Shown here piece by piece: positions 9,375 through 18,491 of a stretch of 64,000 bases of DNA (position 1 is its first letter; every line of letters starts with the position of its first letter). Made by a program: the position numbers and the translations under genes. Where the stretch lies: NCBI GenBank assembly GCA_944381075.1, contig CALWJT010000037.1, positions 57,879-121,878 on the forward strand, given 5' to 3'. The DNA comes from an uncultured Clostridia bacterium. GTDB lineage: Bacteria > Bacillota > Clostridia > Oscillospirales > CAG-272. Below the pieces are notes generated by a model. The model had not been told where the DNA came from. It saw only the letters and a list, made by a program, of their open reading frames with translations, and did not search any database.

Positions 9375-9546
9375 AATCAAGTACATGTATAAAAATGTAT
9401 GGTTTTATAAAAAACGGAAAATCAAAACCCACCGCAGAGAAGCGCGGGCGGCTGCGATGCGGCTCCGGTACACTGCCGATGGAGAATGCTTTCTCCGTCC
9501 TGTGGAGGCGGTGCTGCTTTATCAATAATTTTTGGGAAGTTTCTTT

Positions 9547-10353
9547 ATGGATTTAAAAAAAATCAGGCTGTTTCTTTTTGACATGGACGGAACGCTTTAT
9601 CTTGGAGATCGGCTGTTTTCGTTTACAAGGCCGCTTCTGGACGCCATCCGGCAGGCGGGAAAAACATATCTATTTATGACCAACAATTCGTCGAAGAGCG
9701 TCGGCGACTATGTAAAAAAGCTGGAAAGGCTTGGAATTCCCGCGGCGTATGACGATTTTATCACCTCCTCTCAGGCGACAGCGGACTATTTGACGGCGAA
9801 CCATCCGAAAGTGAAATTCTATGTCTGCGGGACGCGCTCTTTCAAGGAAGAGCTGTCCGGTGCGGGGGTCCTTGTGTGCGACGCCTATGCCGAGGATATC
9901 GGGGGCGTTGTCATGGGCTACGATACGGAGCTGACCTATCAGAAGCTCGATGATGTGTCAAGGCTTCTGACGCTGCGCGATATCCCGTATATCGCGGCCA
10001 ATCCCGACCTTGTCTGTCCGACGGAATATGGCTATGTGCCGGACTGCGGATCCGTTTGCGGAATGATTTACAACGCAACGGGCAAGCGTCCGCACTATAT
10101 CGGAAAGCCCCGCCCAGAAATGCCGCTTGCGGCGGTGGCGAGGATCGCGAAGCGGGATGCCGGCGTATGTCCCGATACGACACTTGTCGTCGGCGACCGG
10201 CTTTATACGGACATCGCGTGCGCAGTCGCCGCCGGTATCCATTCCTTGCTCGTGCTGAGCGGAGAATCCACGCTTTCCGACGTGGAAAAAAGTGAGGTAA
10301 AGCCGGAGCTTATCCTGCGCGACTGCGCGGAGCTGCTTGAAAAAATACAATAA
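9547..10353 (+). CDS. HAD-superfamily subfamily IIA hydrolase (NagD-like sugar-phosphate/pNPP phosphatase)
   Basis: LFDMDGTLYLGDRLF (DxDGT nucleophile motif), MTNNSSKS, GKP, VGDRLYTDI. I prefer ATG 9547 over the track's TTG 9532. Confidence 0.8.
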   Translation: MDLKKIRLFLFDMDGTLYLGDRLFSFTRPLLDAIRQAGKTYLFMTNNSSKSVGDYVKKLERLGIPAAYDDFITSSQATADYLTANHPKVKFYVCGTRSFKEELSGAGVLVCDAYAEDIGGVVMGYDTELTYQKLDDVSRLLTLRDIPYIAANPDLVCPTEYGYVPDCGSVCGMIYNATGKRPHYIGKPRPEMPLAAVARIAKRDAGVCPDTTLVVGDRLYTDIACAVAAGIHSLLVLSGESTLSDVEKSEVKPELILRDCAELLEKIQ

Positions 10354-10376
10354 GGGCAAGGCTGCTGGAGGCAAGT

Positions 10377-10931
10377 ATGGCAAGACCAAGGGGGATTCCG
10401 TTTTCGGAGGAAAATGAGAGCTTAGGCTATGCGGAGTTTGCTGTGACCCGCGTTCCGGACAAAAAAATAAAGACGCAGCGGCTGCTGCTTGTGCTGCTTT
10501 ATATCGTGTTTGCGGCGGCTTATTGCGCCTTGTTCCTGGGCGTATGGAAGCTGGGGACGCTCATCGCCGTCCTGCCGCTGCTTTTGCTCATTCTATGGCT
10601 TGTCACCTGGAAATTCACGAAGATCGAGTATACTTATATCGTGTGTCAGGGACAGCTCCATATTTATCGGGTGGACGGATGGAATCGGGCAAGGGAAGTG
10701 TTCTGCGCCAAAATCTGTGAAAGCGAGGGGATCCATCCGGCGAGCGAGGCGGACAAACAGAGGAACATGCTGGACTTTTCGGCGGGGATGGGGACGCCGG
10801 ACCTTTATGTCGGGATCTTCCCTGCGGAAAAGGGGAAAACCGCCGTTTGCTTTACGGCGGCAGCCCGGCTGCTTTCGAGCCTTCGCTATTATGGAGGAGA
10901 ACGGGTCGTTGTGACTGCCGTTTCTCATTGA
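10377..10931 (+). CDS. membrane protein of unknown function (2 TM hairpin + cytoplasmic domain)
   Basis: Long ORF with a hydrophobic hairpin LLLVLLYIVFAAAYCALFLGVWKLGTLIAVLPLLLLILWLV. 23-nt gap after the HAD gene and 8 nt before the PAP2 gene. Confidence 0.5.
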   Translation: MARPRGIPFSEENESLGYAEFAVTRVPDKKIKTQRLLLVLLYIVFAAAYCALFLGVWKLGTLIAVLPLLLLILWLVTWKFTKIEYTYIVCQGQLHIYRVDGWNRAREVFCAKICESEGIHPASEADKQRNMLDFSAGMGTPDLYVGIFPAEKGKTAVCFTAAARLLSSLRYYGGERVVVTAVSH

Positions 10932-10939
10932 GGTGACGG

Positions 10940-11611
10940 ATGAGAGCATTTTTGAAAACGCATCGGCATATTTGGTGGGCGCTTTATTTTGTCGTGTATC
11001 TTGCCGCGTTCTTCCTTGTGGAGCGCATCGTGCCGACGGAAGGCTATCACGTCATGTATCATCCGCTGGACGACAAGATCCCGTTCTGCGAATATTTCAT
11101 TGTTTTCTATTATGTCTGGTATCTGTTCCTTGCCGGGACCGCGCTTGTCCTGATTTTCTGCGACGGACCTGCTTTCCGCCGCTATATGTGGTTTTTGATA
11201 TTAGGGTTTTCCTTTACTCTGATTTTCAATGTCATTTATCCGAACGGTCAGGACCTGCGTCCGGAGCTTTCCTCGCTCGGACGCGAGAATTTTTTCACGG
11301 AGCTCGTCGGGATGATCTACGCTTCCGATACCAATACCAATGTGTGTCCCAGCATGCACGTGATCGGATCCTTTGCGGCGATGTTCTCGGTGTTCGACTG
11401 TAAGAGGCTCAGAAGGACCATTTGGGCGCCGGCTGTTGCCGTGGCGCTCACCATACTGATCTCCGCGTCGACTGTGCTTGTCAAGCAGCATTCCATTGTC
11501 GATGTATTCTGGGGCGTCGTCGCCTCCGCGGTGCTGTTTCCCATCGCTTATGTCCTGCTGCGCGGGAAATCGAATTCGCTGGAAAAGCGAAACGAGAATT
11601 CGCTGATATAA
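10940..11611 (+). CDS. PAP2-superfamily (phosphatidic-acid-phosphatase-related) membrane protein
   Basis: Polytopic protein. C-terminal motifs CPSMH and VKQHSIVDV fit PAP2 motifs C2 (SxH) and C3 (HxxxD). Confidence 0.65.
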   Translation: MRAFLKTHRHIWWALYFVVYLAAFFLVERIVPTEGYHVMYHPLDDKIPFCEYFIVFYYVWYLFLAGTALVLIFCDGPAFRRYMWFLILGFSFTLIFNVIYPNGQDLRPELSSLGRENFFTELVGMIYASDTNTNVCPSMHVIGSFAAMFSVFDCKRLRRTIWAPAVAVALTILISASTVLVKQHSIVDVFWGVVASAVLFPIAYVLLRGKSNSLEKRNENSLI

Positions 11612-11684
11612 ATCCCAGCTGCTGCATTTTCGGGATTTCAAATAAATCGATATCGCCGGAGTCCCCGGCGGAACGGAGCGTTAT

Positions 11685-13097
11685 ATGAGAAAAACAAAAA
11701 TTGTATGTACGATCGGGCCTGCGTCCGCGAGCGAGGAGGTTATCACGGAGATGGCGCTTGCCGGCATGAACGTTGCGCGCCTGAATTTTTCGCACGGGAC
11801 GCATGCGGACCATCAGGAAAAAATCAATACCATCAAAAAGGTAAGGGAAAAGCTGAACCTCCCGATTGCCATCATGCTGGATACCAAGGGGCCGGAATAC
11901 CGGATCGGGACGTTTCGGGATGGCAAGATTACGCTTGCCGACGGCGACCGATTTACCTTTACGACGGAAAACGTCGAGGGGGATGAGCATCGGGTATCCG
12001 TCAACTATAAGGACCTTTGCGAAAATCTTGCACCGGGCGACCGGATTTTGGTCAACAACGGGCTTGTGATCTTCGAGGTTGTGGAGCTGTCCAAGACCGA
12101 AGCGGTATGCCGTGTGCTTGCGGGCGGCGAGATCTCCAACCGGAAGAGCATGAGCTTCCCCGGCAAGCTCATGAGCGGGCCGTACCTCAGTGAGCAGGAC
12201 AAATCCGATATTCTGTTCGGCATCCAGAACGGCATCGATTTTATCGCGGCCTCGTTTGTCTCCGTGAAGCAGAATCTTGTCGATTTGAATGCGTTTCTGC
12301 ACGAGAACGGCGGCGAGGGGATCGACGTCATCGCAAAAATCGAGAACCGCGCGGGGGTCAACAACATCGAGGAAATTTGTTCGGAGTGCGACGGGATCAT
12401 GATCGGACGCGGCGACATGGGCGTGGAGATCCCGTTTGAGGAGCTGCCCGCCATTCAGAAATATCTGATCACAAAATGCCGCCTGCTGGGAAAGCGCGTC
12501 ATTACGGCGACGGAGATGCTGGAGTCTATGATCCATAATCCGCGTCCGACCAGAGCGGAGATTTCCGACGTTGCCAATGCTGTTTATGACGGAACGAGCG
12601 CCATCATGCTCTCCGGCGAGACCGCGGCCGGCAAGTATCCCGTCCTGACGGTGAAGACCATGTCGAAGATCGCGGAGGAGGCGGAGCGGAACATTTCCTA
12701 TGAGGAGCGGTTCCGTACCAATGAATTTTTGATCAAGAATACGACGGACGCCATTTCTCATGCGACCTGCGGAATGGCGATCGATATTCGGGCGCGCGCC
12801 ATCGTGGTATGTACGATTTCCGGCATGACGGCGCGTATGGTGTCTCGGTTCCGCTCTCCGACCGATATTATCGGCATGACGACGAGCGAGCGTGTCTGGA
12901 GAAAGCTTTCTCTCTCATGGGGTGTGACGCCGGTTATGGCAGAGGAATTTACTTCTACGGACGTGCTGTTTTATCATGCGACGACGTATGCGAAAAAATT
13001 CTTCCATCTGGTGCATGGGGATAAGATCGTCATTACCGGAGGCACGAAGAACGGCATATCCGGCACGACCAATCTTATCAAGGTGGAAACGATATAA
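11685..13097 (+). CDS. pyk: pyruvate kinase
   Basis: MRKTKIVCTIGPAS...MNVARLNFSHG...MLDTKGPE.R...IMIGRGDMGVEIP is canonical. Confidence 0.95.
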   Translation: MRKTKIVCTIGPASASEEVITEMALAGMNVARLNFSHGTHADHQEKINTIKKVREKLNLPIAIMLDTKGPEYRIGTFRDGKITLADGDRFTFTTENVEGDEHRVSVNYKDLCENLAPGDRILVNNGLVIFEVVELSKTEAVCRVLAGGEISNRKSMSFPGKLMSGPYLSEQDKSDILFGIQNGIDFIAASFVSVKQNLVDLNAFLHENGGEGIDVIAKIENRAGVNNIEEICSECDGIMIGRGDMGVEIPFEELPAIQKYLITKCRLLGKRVITATEMLESMIHNPRPTRAEISDVANAVYDGTSAIMLSGETAAGKYPVLTVKTMSKIAEEAERNISYEERFRTNEFLIKNTTDAISHATCGMAIDIRARAIVVCTISGMTARMVSRFRSPTDIIGMTTSERVWRKLSLSWGVTPVMAEEFTSTDVLFYHATTYAKKFFHLVHGDKIVITGGTKNGISGTTNLIKVETI

Positions 13098-13105
13098 CGG
13101 ATAAG

Positions 13106-13145
13106 AAAGCAAAAGGATGCGCCGGACTGCGCATCCTTTTGCTTT
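13106..13145 (+). terminator. intrinsic terminator of pyk
   Basis: AAAGCAAAAGGATGCGC-CGGACT-GCGCATCCTTTTGCTTT, a 17-bp hairpin. Confidence 0.8.
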
Positions 13146-13264
13146 CGTCTGGCATTTCTCTTTTTTGTTCCGTGCCGTTCCGCAGAGGGGAAGGTGCCGC
13201 AGCGGGACAAATCCGCTTTTTCGCTTTCCCTTGCGAAGAAATTGTTCCGATTTTTGAAAAAGCC

Positions 13265-13293
13265 TTGACAAAGGGTATGGATTCATGTAAAAT
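13265..13293 (+). promoter_or_regulatory. sigma-A promoter of T-box/ABC operon 1
   Basis: TTGACA (13265-70), 17 nt spacer, TAAAAT (13288-93). Confidence 0.55.
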
Positions 13294-13299
13294 AATTGT

Positions 13300-13583
13300 A
13301 TCATTTTTATGAAGTTTAAAAGCTGTGACCGGAAAGAGTAGGATATCGGAACGCGCATAGAGAGTTATCGGCAGGTGGAAGATAACCGCAAGTAGGATAT
13401 TTGAAGTACGCTCCGCGAGCTTTGCGCCGAACCGGCGGATACCGGACAAGGCGCAACGGGGAAGACCGTTATATCAAAAGCATGAAGCTTCATGCTTGCA
13501 GAGTCCGTATGCGCGAGCGTGCGGTAAAACAAGGTGGTAACGCGGATATTTCGCCCTCGTACAAGATGTGCGGGGGCGTTTTT
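13300..13583 (+). promoter_or_regulatory. T-box leader (tRNA-sensing transcription attenuator); specifier ambiguous, UAC (Tyr) is the best candidate
   Basis: Stem I base AAAGCT/AGCTTT, K-turn GTGA, AGAGAG bulge (13369-74), distal loop GGTGGAA, T-box motif AACAAGGTGGTAACGCGG (13528-45), terminator CGCCCTCG..CGGGGGCG+TTTTT (13552-83). The specifier-loop 3' side is UUUGAAGUACGC (13400-11). Confidence 0.85.
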
Positions 13584-13617
13584 ATTAAATTTCTAAAACG
13601 GAAAGGAAAACAGTCAA

Positions 13618-14586
13618 ATGAAATCATTTATCAGAGTTATGGCAGTCCTGCTCGTGTTTTCAATATTTTCGCTGGCGCTTGTCTCCTGCGGAAACGAAGA
13701 CACCTATGTCATCGGCATCAGCCAGCAGCAGCCGCATGTCGCCTTGGATACGGCGACCGAGGGCTTCAAGCAGGCGCTGATCGATCGGTTCGGCGAGGAC
13801 AAGGTGACCTTTGAAACGCAGAACGCACAGGGGGATCCCAGTACCTGTGTGACCATCGCCAACAACTTTGTTTCCAAAAATGTTGACCTTATCATGGCGA
13901 ATGGAACATCCGCCCTTCAGGCGGCGGCCAATGCCACGACGACCATTCCGATTCTCGGGACCTCCATCACCGAATACAGCGTCGCCCTGAATCTTGAAAA
14001 TTTTGACGGTACGGTCGGCGGAAATATTTCCGGCACCTCCGATCTTGCGCCGCTCGAGGAGCAGGCGCAGATGATCCTCGACCTTTTCCCGGAGGCCAAG
14101 AACGTAGGGCTCCTCTATTGTTCGGCGGAACCGAATTCCAAGTACCAAGTGGAGGTCGTCAAGGCCTATCTTGAGCAGAGAGGCATTGTCTGCACGGAAT
14201 ATACGTTTTCCGATTCCAACGACATTTCTCTTGTAGCGGAGCGCGCCTCCGATGAAAGCGACGTCATCTATATTCCGACTGACAATACGGCGGCTACCTG
14301 TACGGGCACCATCGATAACATTGTCCGTCCGAAAAAGGTGCCGATCATCGCGGGCGAGGAAGGGATCTGTTCCGGCTGCGGCGTTGCGGCATTTTCCATC
14401 AGCTATTATGAGATCGGCTATAAAACCGGCGAGATGGCGGCCGACATTCTGGAGGGAAAAGCGGATATTTCGACAATGGCGATCGAGTATGATCCGAATC
14501 CTGTGAAGAAATACAACAAGGAAATCTGTGAGGAACTCGGCATTTCCATTCCCGACGGATATACGGCGATTGAAGCGGGAGAATAA
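13618..14586 (+). CDS. ABC transporter substrate-binding lipoprotein (COG2984 / ABC_sub_bind family)
   Basis: Lipobox LALVSCGNED. Homologous over its length to the second SBP at 38045..39001. First gene after the T-box. Confidence 0.85.
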   Translation: MKSFIRVMAVLLVFSIFSLALVSCGNEDTYVIGISQQQPHVALDTATEGFKQALIDRFGEDKVTFETQNAQGDPSTCVTIANNFVSKNVDLIMANGTSALQAAANATTTIPILGTSITEYSVALNLENFDGTVGGNISGTSDLAPLEEQAQMILDLFPEAKNVGLLYCSAEPNSKYQVEVVKAYLEQRGIVCTEYTFSDSNDISLVAERASDESDVIYIPTDNTAATCTGTIDNIVRPKKVPIIAGEEGICSGCGVAAFSISYYEIGYKTGEMAADILEGKADISTMAIEYDPNPVKKYNKEICEELGISIPDGYTAIEAGE

Positions 14587-14589
14587 GGA

Positions 14590-15498
14590 ATGGGCGGTTG
14601 GCTGAATGCTTTGCCGGGCGCCGTGGCCCAGGGAATGATCTGGGGCATCATGGCAATCGGCGTATACATTACCTATAAAATACTCGATATCGCAGACCTT
14701 ACCGTGGATGGCTCGATGTGTACAGGCGCCGCGGTATGTACGATGCTGATGCTTTCCGGCGTCAACGTATGGCTTGCGGTTCTTGTCGCGATTTTGGCGG
14801 GGATGCTTGCCGGACTTCTAACGGGTATTTTTCATACGTTTATGGGGATTCCGGCGATTCTCGCCGGAATCCTGACGCAGCTGATTTTGTGGTCGGTGAA
14901 CCTCAAAATCATGGGAAAATCGAATCAATCCCTGCCGGCGCGCAGCTTCGATGTGCTCGTTACCCAGTTGAAACAGTGGGAGACGCTGCTTATCCTTGTC
15001 GCCTTCTGTGCGGTTCTCATCGCCGTTTTGTATTGGTTCTTTGGCACGGAGCTCGGCTCGTCCGTGCGCGCGACCGGCTGCAACATCGGCATGAGCCGCG
15101 CACAGGGCATCAACACGGATTTCAATAAGATCCTTGGACTGATGATTTCCAACGGAATCGTGGCGCTTTCCGGCGCGCTGCTCGCGCAGTATCAGGGCGC
15201 GGCGGATATCAGCATGGGACGCGGCGCCATTGTCACGGGGCTTGCGGCCGTCATCATCGGAGAGGCGGTTTTCTCGAAGGTCCTGCGCAATTTCGCCCTT
15301 CGCCTGACCGGCGTTGTGCTGGGAGGCGTCATCTATTATATCGTATATCAGACGGTTATTTATCTTGGATTTGACACCGACCTTCTGAAGATGCTTTCCG
15401 CAATCGTTGTGGCGTTCTTCCTTGCGGTCCCGTATTGGAATAAAAAATATTTCGTAAAACCGAAAAAGAAGGGGGATGGCGGAAATGCTGGAGCTTAA
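14590..15498 (+). CDS. ABC transporter permease (COG4120 type)
   Basis: Polytopic: GMIWGIMAIGVYITYKILDIADLTVDGS... parallels the permease at 37026..37985. Confidence 0.85.
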   Translation: MGGWLNALPGAVAQGMIWGIMAIGVYITYKILDIADLTVDGSMCTGAAVCTMLMLSGVNVWLAVLVAILAGMLAGLLTGIFHTFMGIPAILAGILTQLILWSVNLKIMGKSNQSLPARSFDVLVTQLKQWETLLILVAFCAVLIAVLYWFFGTELGSSVRATGCNIGMSRAQGINTDFNKILGLMISNGIVALSGALLAQYQGAADISMGRGAIVTGLAAVIIGEAVFSKVLRNFALRLTGVVLGGVIYYIVYQTVIYLGFDTDLLKMLSAIVVAFFLAVPYWNKKYFVKPKKKGDGGNAGA

Positions 15499-16279
15499 AA
15501 ACGTCACGAAGACCTTCAATCCCGGTACGGTGAACGAAAAGATCGCGCTCAAAAATCTCAATTTGCTGCTAAACGACGGGGACTTTGTCACGGTTATCGG
15601 CGGGAACGGAGCCGGAAAATCGACGATGCTCAATGCGATTGCAGGCGTCTGGAAGCCGGATGAGGGGCAGATCCTCATCGACGGCGTCGACGTGACGGGA
15701 ATGGTGGAATACAAGCGCGCTAAATTTCTCGGCCGCGTTTTTCAGGACCCGATGCTCGGTACGGCGGCGGACATGGAGATCGAAGAAAATCTCGCTCTTG
15801 CAGTAAGGCGCGGAAGGAGACGCGGCCTTGGCTGGGGGATCCGCAGCTCGGAACGTGAAAAGTACAAAGAGCTGCTGGCTGAGCTGGGACTGGGTCTCGA
15901 GCATCGTCTTACGAGCAAGGTGGGCCTGCTTTCCGGCGGACAGCGGCAGGCGGTGACGCTGCTTATGGCGACGCTGAACCGTCCGAAGCTGCTGCTCTTG
16001 GATGAGCATACGGCGGCGCTGGATCCTGCAACGGCGGCGAAGGTCATGTCGCTGACAGACCGCATCATCGACGAGGAGCATTTGACGGCGCTGATGGTCA
16101 CGCATAACATGCAGGACGCGATCACGCATGGAAACCGGCTCATTATGATGCATGAGGGGGGTATCATCTTCGATATATCCGGCGAGGAAAAAAGGAAGCT
16201 GACCATTGAGGACCTGCTCGACCGGTTCCGCAAGCTCAGCGGGACACAGTTTGCAAACGACCGCGCATTGCTGAATTGA
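15476..16279 (+). CDS. ABC transporter ATP-binding protein
   Basis: Walker A GGNGAGKST, signature LSGGQRQ, Walker B LLLLDEHTAALD. Overlaps the permease end. Confidence 0.9.
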   Translation: MAEMLELKNVTKTFNPGTVNEKIALKNLNLLLNDGDFVTVIGGNGAGKSTMLNAIAGVWKPDEGQILIDGVDVTGMVEYKRAKFLGRVFQDPMLGTAADMEIEENLALAVRRGRRRGLGWGIRSSEREKYKELLAELGLGLEHRLTSKVGLLSGGQRQAVTLLMATLNRPKLLLLDEHTAALDPATAAKVMSLTDRIIDEEHLTALMVTHNMQDAITHGNRLIMMHEGGIIFDISGEEKRKLTIEDLLDRFRKLSGTQFANDRALLN

Positions 16280-16352
16280 TAGGCTGGATTGCACGACCTT
16301 CTGTCAATTCGCCGCTGCTTTTATACGAAAGACAGGGGCTTCCTGATTTAAA

Positions 16353-16389
16353 ATAGAAAAAGTGCACCTATATGGCGCACTTTTTCTAT
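16353..16389. terminator. bidirectional terminator (ABC operon 1 / cotJ operon)
   Basis: ATAGAAAAAGTGC-11 nt-GCACTTTTTCTAT hairpin between convergent genes. Confidence 0.75.
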
Positions 16390-16397
16390 TTTAAAAA

Positions 16398-16991
16398 TCA
16401 GTCGAATTCAGGATTATAAGCGTAGTAGTTTTTGGGATTCATGTTATCCTGCGCGACACGCAGTGCGTCTCCGAAGCGCTGATAATGCGTGACTTCTCTT
16501 TGGCGCAGAAATTTGATGGGATCGCGTACGTCCGGATCGTCTACAAGACGCAGAATATTGTCATAGGTAACACGAGCCTTTTGCTCTGCCGCAAGATCCT
16601 CGTTCAAGTCGGCGAACAGGTCTCCTTTCACACCGAGATAAGCGGCCGTGAAAGGGACTCCTGCCGCGGAAACAGGATATATCCCAGTGGTATGGTCGAC
16701 GAAATAGGTGTCGAATCCGGATTTTTTGATTTCGTCCATGGAGAGATTTTTGGTCAGCTGATACAGGATCGCGGCAATCATTTCCTGATGCGCAAGCTCT
16801 TCTGTACCTACATCGGTCAGAATGCCGATGATTTCGCCATATGGCATGGAATACCGCTGATTGAGATAGCGGGTCGCAGCGGCCAACTCTCCGTCCGGAC
16901 CTCCAAGCTGGCTTATGATGATTTTCGCGTACAGCGGATTCGGATTTTTGATTTTAACAGGGTATTGTAGCTTTTTTTCGTATGCCCACAT
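16398..16991 (-). CDS. cotJC: spore coat protein CotJC (manganese-catalase family)
   Basis: MWAYEKKLQYPVKIK.PNP..AK.I..QLGGPDGELAAATRYLNQRYSMP...EELAH.E is a hallmark CotJC sequence. Confidence 0.9.
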   Translation of the reverse strand: MWAYEKKLQYPVKIKNPNPLYAKIIISQLGGPDGELAAATRYLNQRYSMPYGEIIGILTDVGTEELAHQEMIAAILYQLTKNLSMDEIKKSGFDTYFVDHTTGIYPVSAAGVPFTAAYLGVKGDLFADLNEDLAAEQKARVTYDNILRLVDDPDVRDPIKFLRQREVTHYQRFGDALRVAQDNMNPKNYYAYNPEFD

Positions 16992-16994
16992 AAA

Positions 16995-17249
16995 TCAGTT
17001 CGCCCCACTTTCCCAAGGCCATGGCTTGTCGATCCAGTGCCAATCGTTCATATCGTTGTTTGCGTAAATGGTAAGAGGGCCAAATTTTCCCTCATATTCG
17101 TCGCGCAGCCCTTTGGCTATCGCACGGTGCTTGTCGTAAAAGGCAAGCGCCTTTTTATTGGTCGGATGTCCGTCGAGATACAGGACGGTTTCCACTACTG
17201 CAAAATCCTCTGCCTGTATGCGGCGGAGAAGTCGTTCTCTCTCGTTCAT
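16995..17249 (-). CDS. cotJB: spore coat protein CotJB
   Basis: LLRRIQAEDFAVVETVLYLDGHP....ALAFY...DEYE.KFGPLT matches CotJB. 84 aa. Confidence 0.85.
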   Translation of the reverse strand: MNERERLLRRIQAEDFAVVETVLYLDGHPTNKKALAFYDKHRAIAKGLRDEYEGKFGPLTIYANNDMNDWHWIDKPWPWESGAN

Positions 17250-17563
17250 CCCATTCTCCCCCTTTGCCCATAAAATGGTTTATCCAGCTCACGGAACAGG
17301 GTCCCTTGGGCCAGTGCTTCGTCGGGTTCATATAGCTCTACGAAATCTTGAAAGGGAATGTATGCCATGGCAAGGCTCAGCGGCATATTGGAAAGGGAAC
17401 CAGAAGCGGTGTCTGCCGTGCTCCGGCTGTCCTGCATTACGCCGGCATTTGCGTACATCATGGGATTTCTATATGGATTCCCTGCGTTCGCGCTGACTGC
17501 CGCAGCATGAATGCGATTTTGATACTCAGGCAGGCGGCGTGCGGAATTCCTGGAATGTTGCAC
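17246..17563 (-). CDS. cotJA: spore coat-associated protein CotJA
   Basis: C-terminal LAMAYIPFQDF.ELYEPDEALAQGTLFRELDKPF is the CotJA motif. The true start is probably an internal Met, since CotJA is usually shorter. Confidence 0.7.
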   Translation of the reverse strand: MQHSRNSARRLPEYQNRIHAAAVSANAGNPYRNPMMYANAGVMQDSRSTADTASGSLSNMPLSLAMAYIPFQDFVELYEPDEALAQGTLFRELDKPFYGQRGRMG

Positions 17564-17721
17564 TTTGCATTTCTCCTTTGCTTGAATAGTTTGACGTGGA
17601 ATCGTCTACTTTCATGATATGTCCGAGCCCGAAAAAAGTCAATTTTGCGTGTGCGTCGTTGACCAAATCAGAAAAAAAGGATATAATATATCAGAAATGA
17701 AATATTTATCGGGAGAACTTC

Positions 17722-18231
17722 ATGAAAAATCAGATCCTGCGATATCTCATGCTGGTTTTGGCCCTGCTGATTGCGGCCGCAATCTTTTTATTTTCTGCTG
17801 AGAATGGGGAAGAATCCGGCCATTTGAGCGATAAAATCGCAGAAAAAATTTTGCAGATCTTCGGCGGTGCAGATGCGGACGCATCCGGCGTGGGTCATGG
17901 GGATGCCGTCGTTTCGGTAGGCTCCGTATTCCGCAAAATCGCTCACTTTATTGAATATTTCGCGCTCGGCGCAGCCTTTTGCGGATTTTTTGCGACTTTC
18001 TCGATATCGAAGCTCCGGTGCGGGATATTTTCCGCCGGAATTTCGATCCTGTATGCTGTTTCCGACGAGGCGCATCAGTATTTTGTTCCGGGACGCAACG
18101 CTTCCGTATGGGATGTGCTTTTGGACAGCGCCGGTGTTCTTTGCGGGGTTTTGGCGGTGCTTGGCGTCGTCACCTGGATTCGGAAAAAAAGAAAAGATAC
18201 GGCCCATTCAGAAAAAAGGAGCTTGTCCTGA
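17722..18231 (+). CDS. VanZ-family membrane protein
   Basis: RKIAHFIEYFALGAAF and SDEAHQYFVPGR.ASVWDVLLDSAGV are VanZ-like motifs. 4 TM segments. Confidence 0.8.
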   Translation: MKNQILRYLMLVLALLIAAAIFLFSAENGEESGHLSDKIAEKILQIFGGADADASGVGHGDAVVSVGSVFRKIAHFIEYFALGAAFCGFFATFSISKLRCGIFSAGISILYAVSDEAHQYFVPGRNASVWDVLLDSAGVLCGVLAVLGVVTWIRKKRKDTAHSEKRSLS

Positions 18232-18269
18232 CAAGCTCCTTTTTTCAAAAGCGTGGATGGCTCCTAATT

Positions 18270-18491
18270 TTATTCGTCGTCTTTTGTTCTCTCCTTTGGG
18301 GGAGATTCCATTTCTTCGGGCGAGGCTGCGGGAGTTGCCTTTTCGGCGGGTTTCTGATAAAGACCGGCGGCGATAAGGATGATTCCGATGATTCCAAGCC
18401 CGATTGCAGTGAGCAGATAGGCGTCGGATATGATATTGGCAATGATGTTGCCGAACAGAAGCAGCGCGAATCCGATATAAACTTTTTTCGT
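18270..18491 (-). CDS. candidate small two-TM membrane protein without a canonical start codon
   Basis: Not in the track. Frame reads (T)KKVYIGFALLLFGNIIANIISDAYLLTAIGLGIIGIILIAAGLYQKPAEKATPAASPEEMESPPKERTKDDE*. A GGAGG (18501-18497) lies 5 nt upstream of ACG 18491-89. An in-frame TAA follows just upstream, and there is no ATG/GTG/TTG. Confidence 0.3.
   Translation of the reverse strand, partial: TKKVYIGFALLLFGNIIANIISDAYLLTAIGLGIIGIILIAAGLYQKPAEKATPAASPEEMESPPKERTKDDE

Noticed and set aside
9283-9528. 81-aa + strand ORF between the RNHCP gene and the HAD gene
   Set aside because: It starts upstream of the consensus promoter, has no RBS and has implausible composition. I treat the region as promoter plus 5' UTR.
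11481-12761. 426-aa minus-strand ORF. The same applies to 28616..29782, 39794..41002, 51251..52069, 55743..56807 and 60426..61709.
   Set aside because: All are antisense to confidently identified genes (pyk, the oxidoreductase subunits, nifS, the GH-like gene, typA, dnaK). All have Arg/His/Leu-rich non-protein-like sequences.
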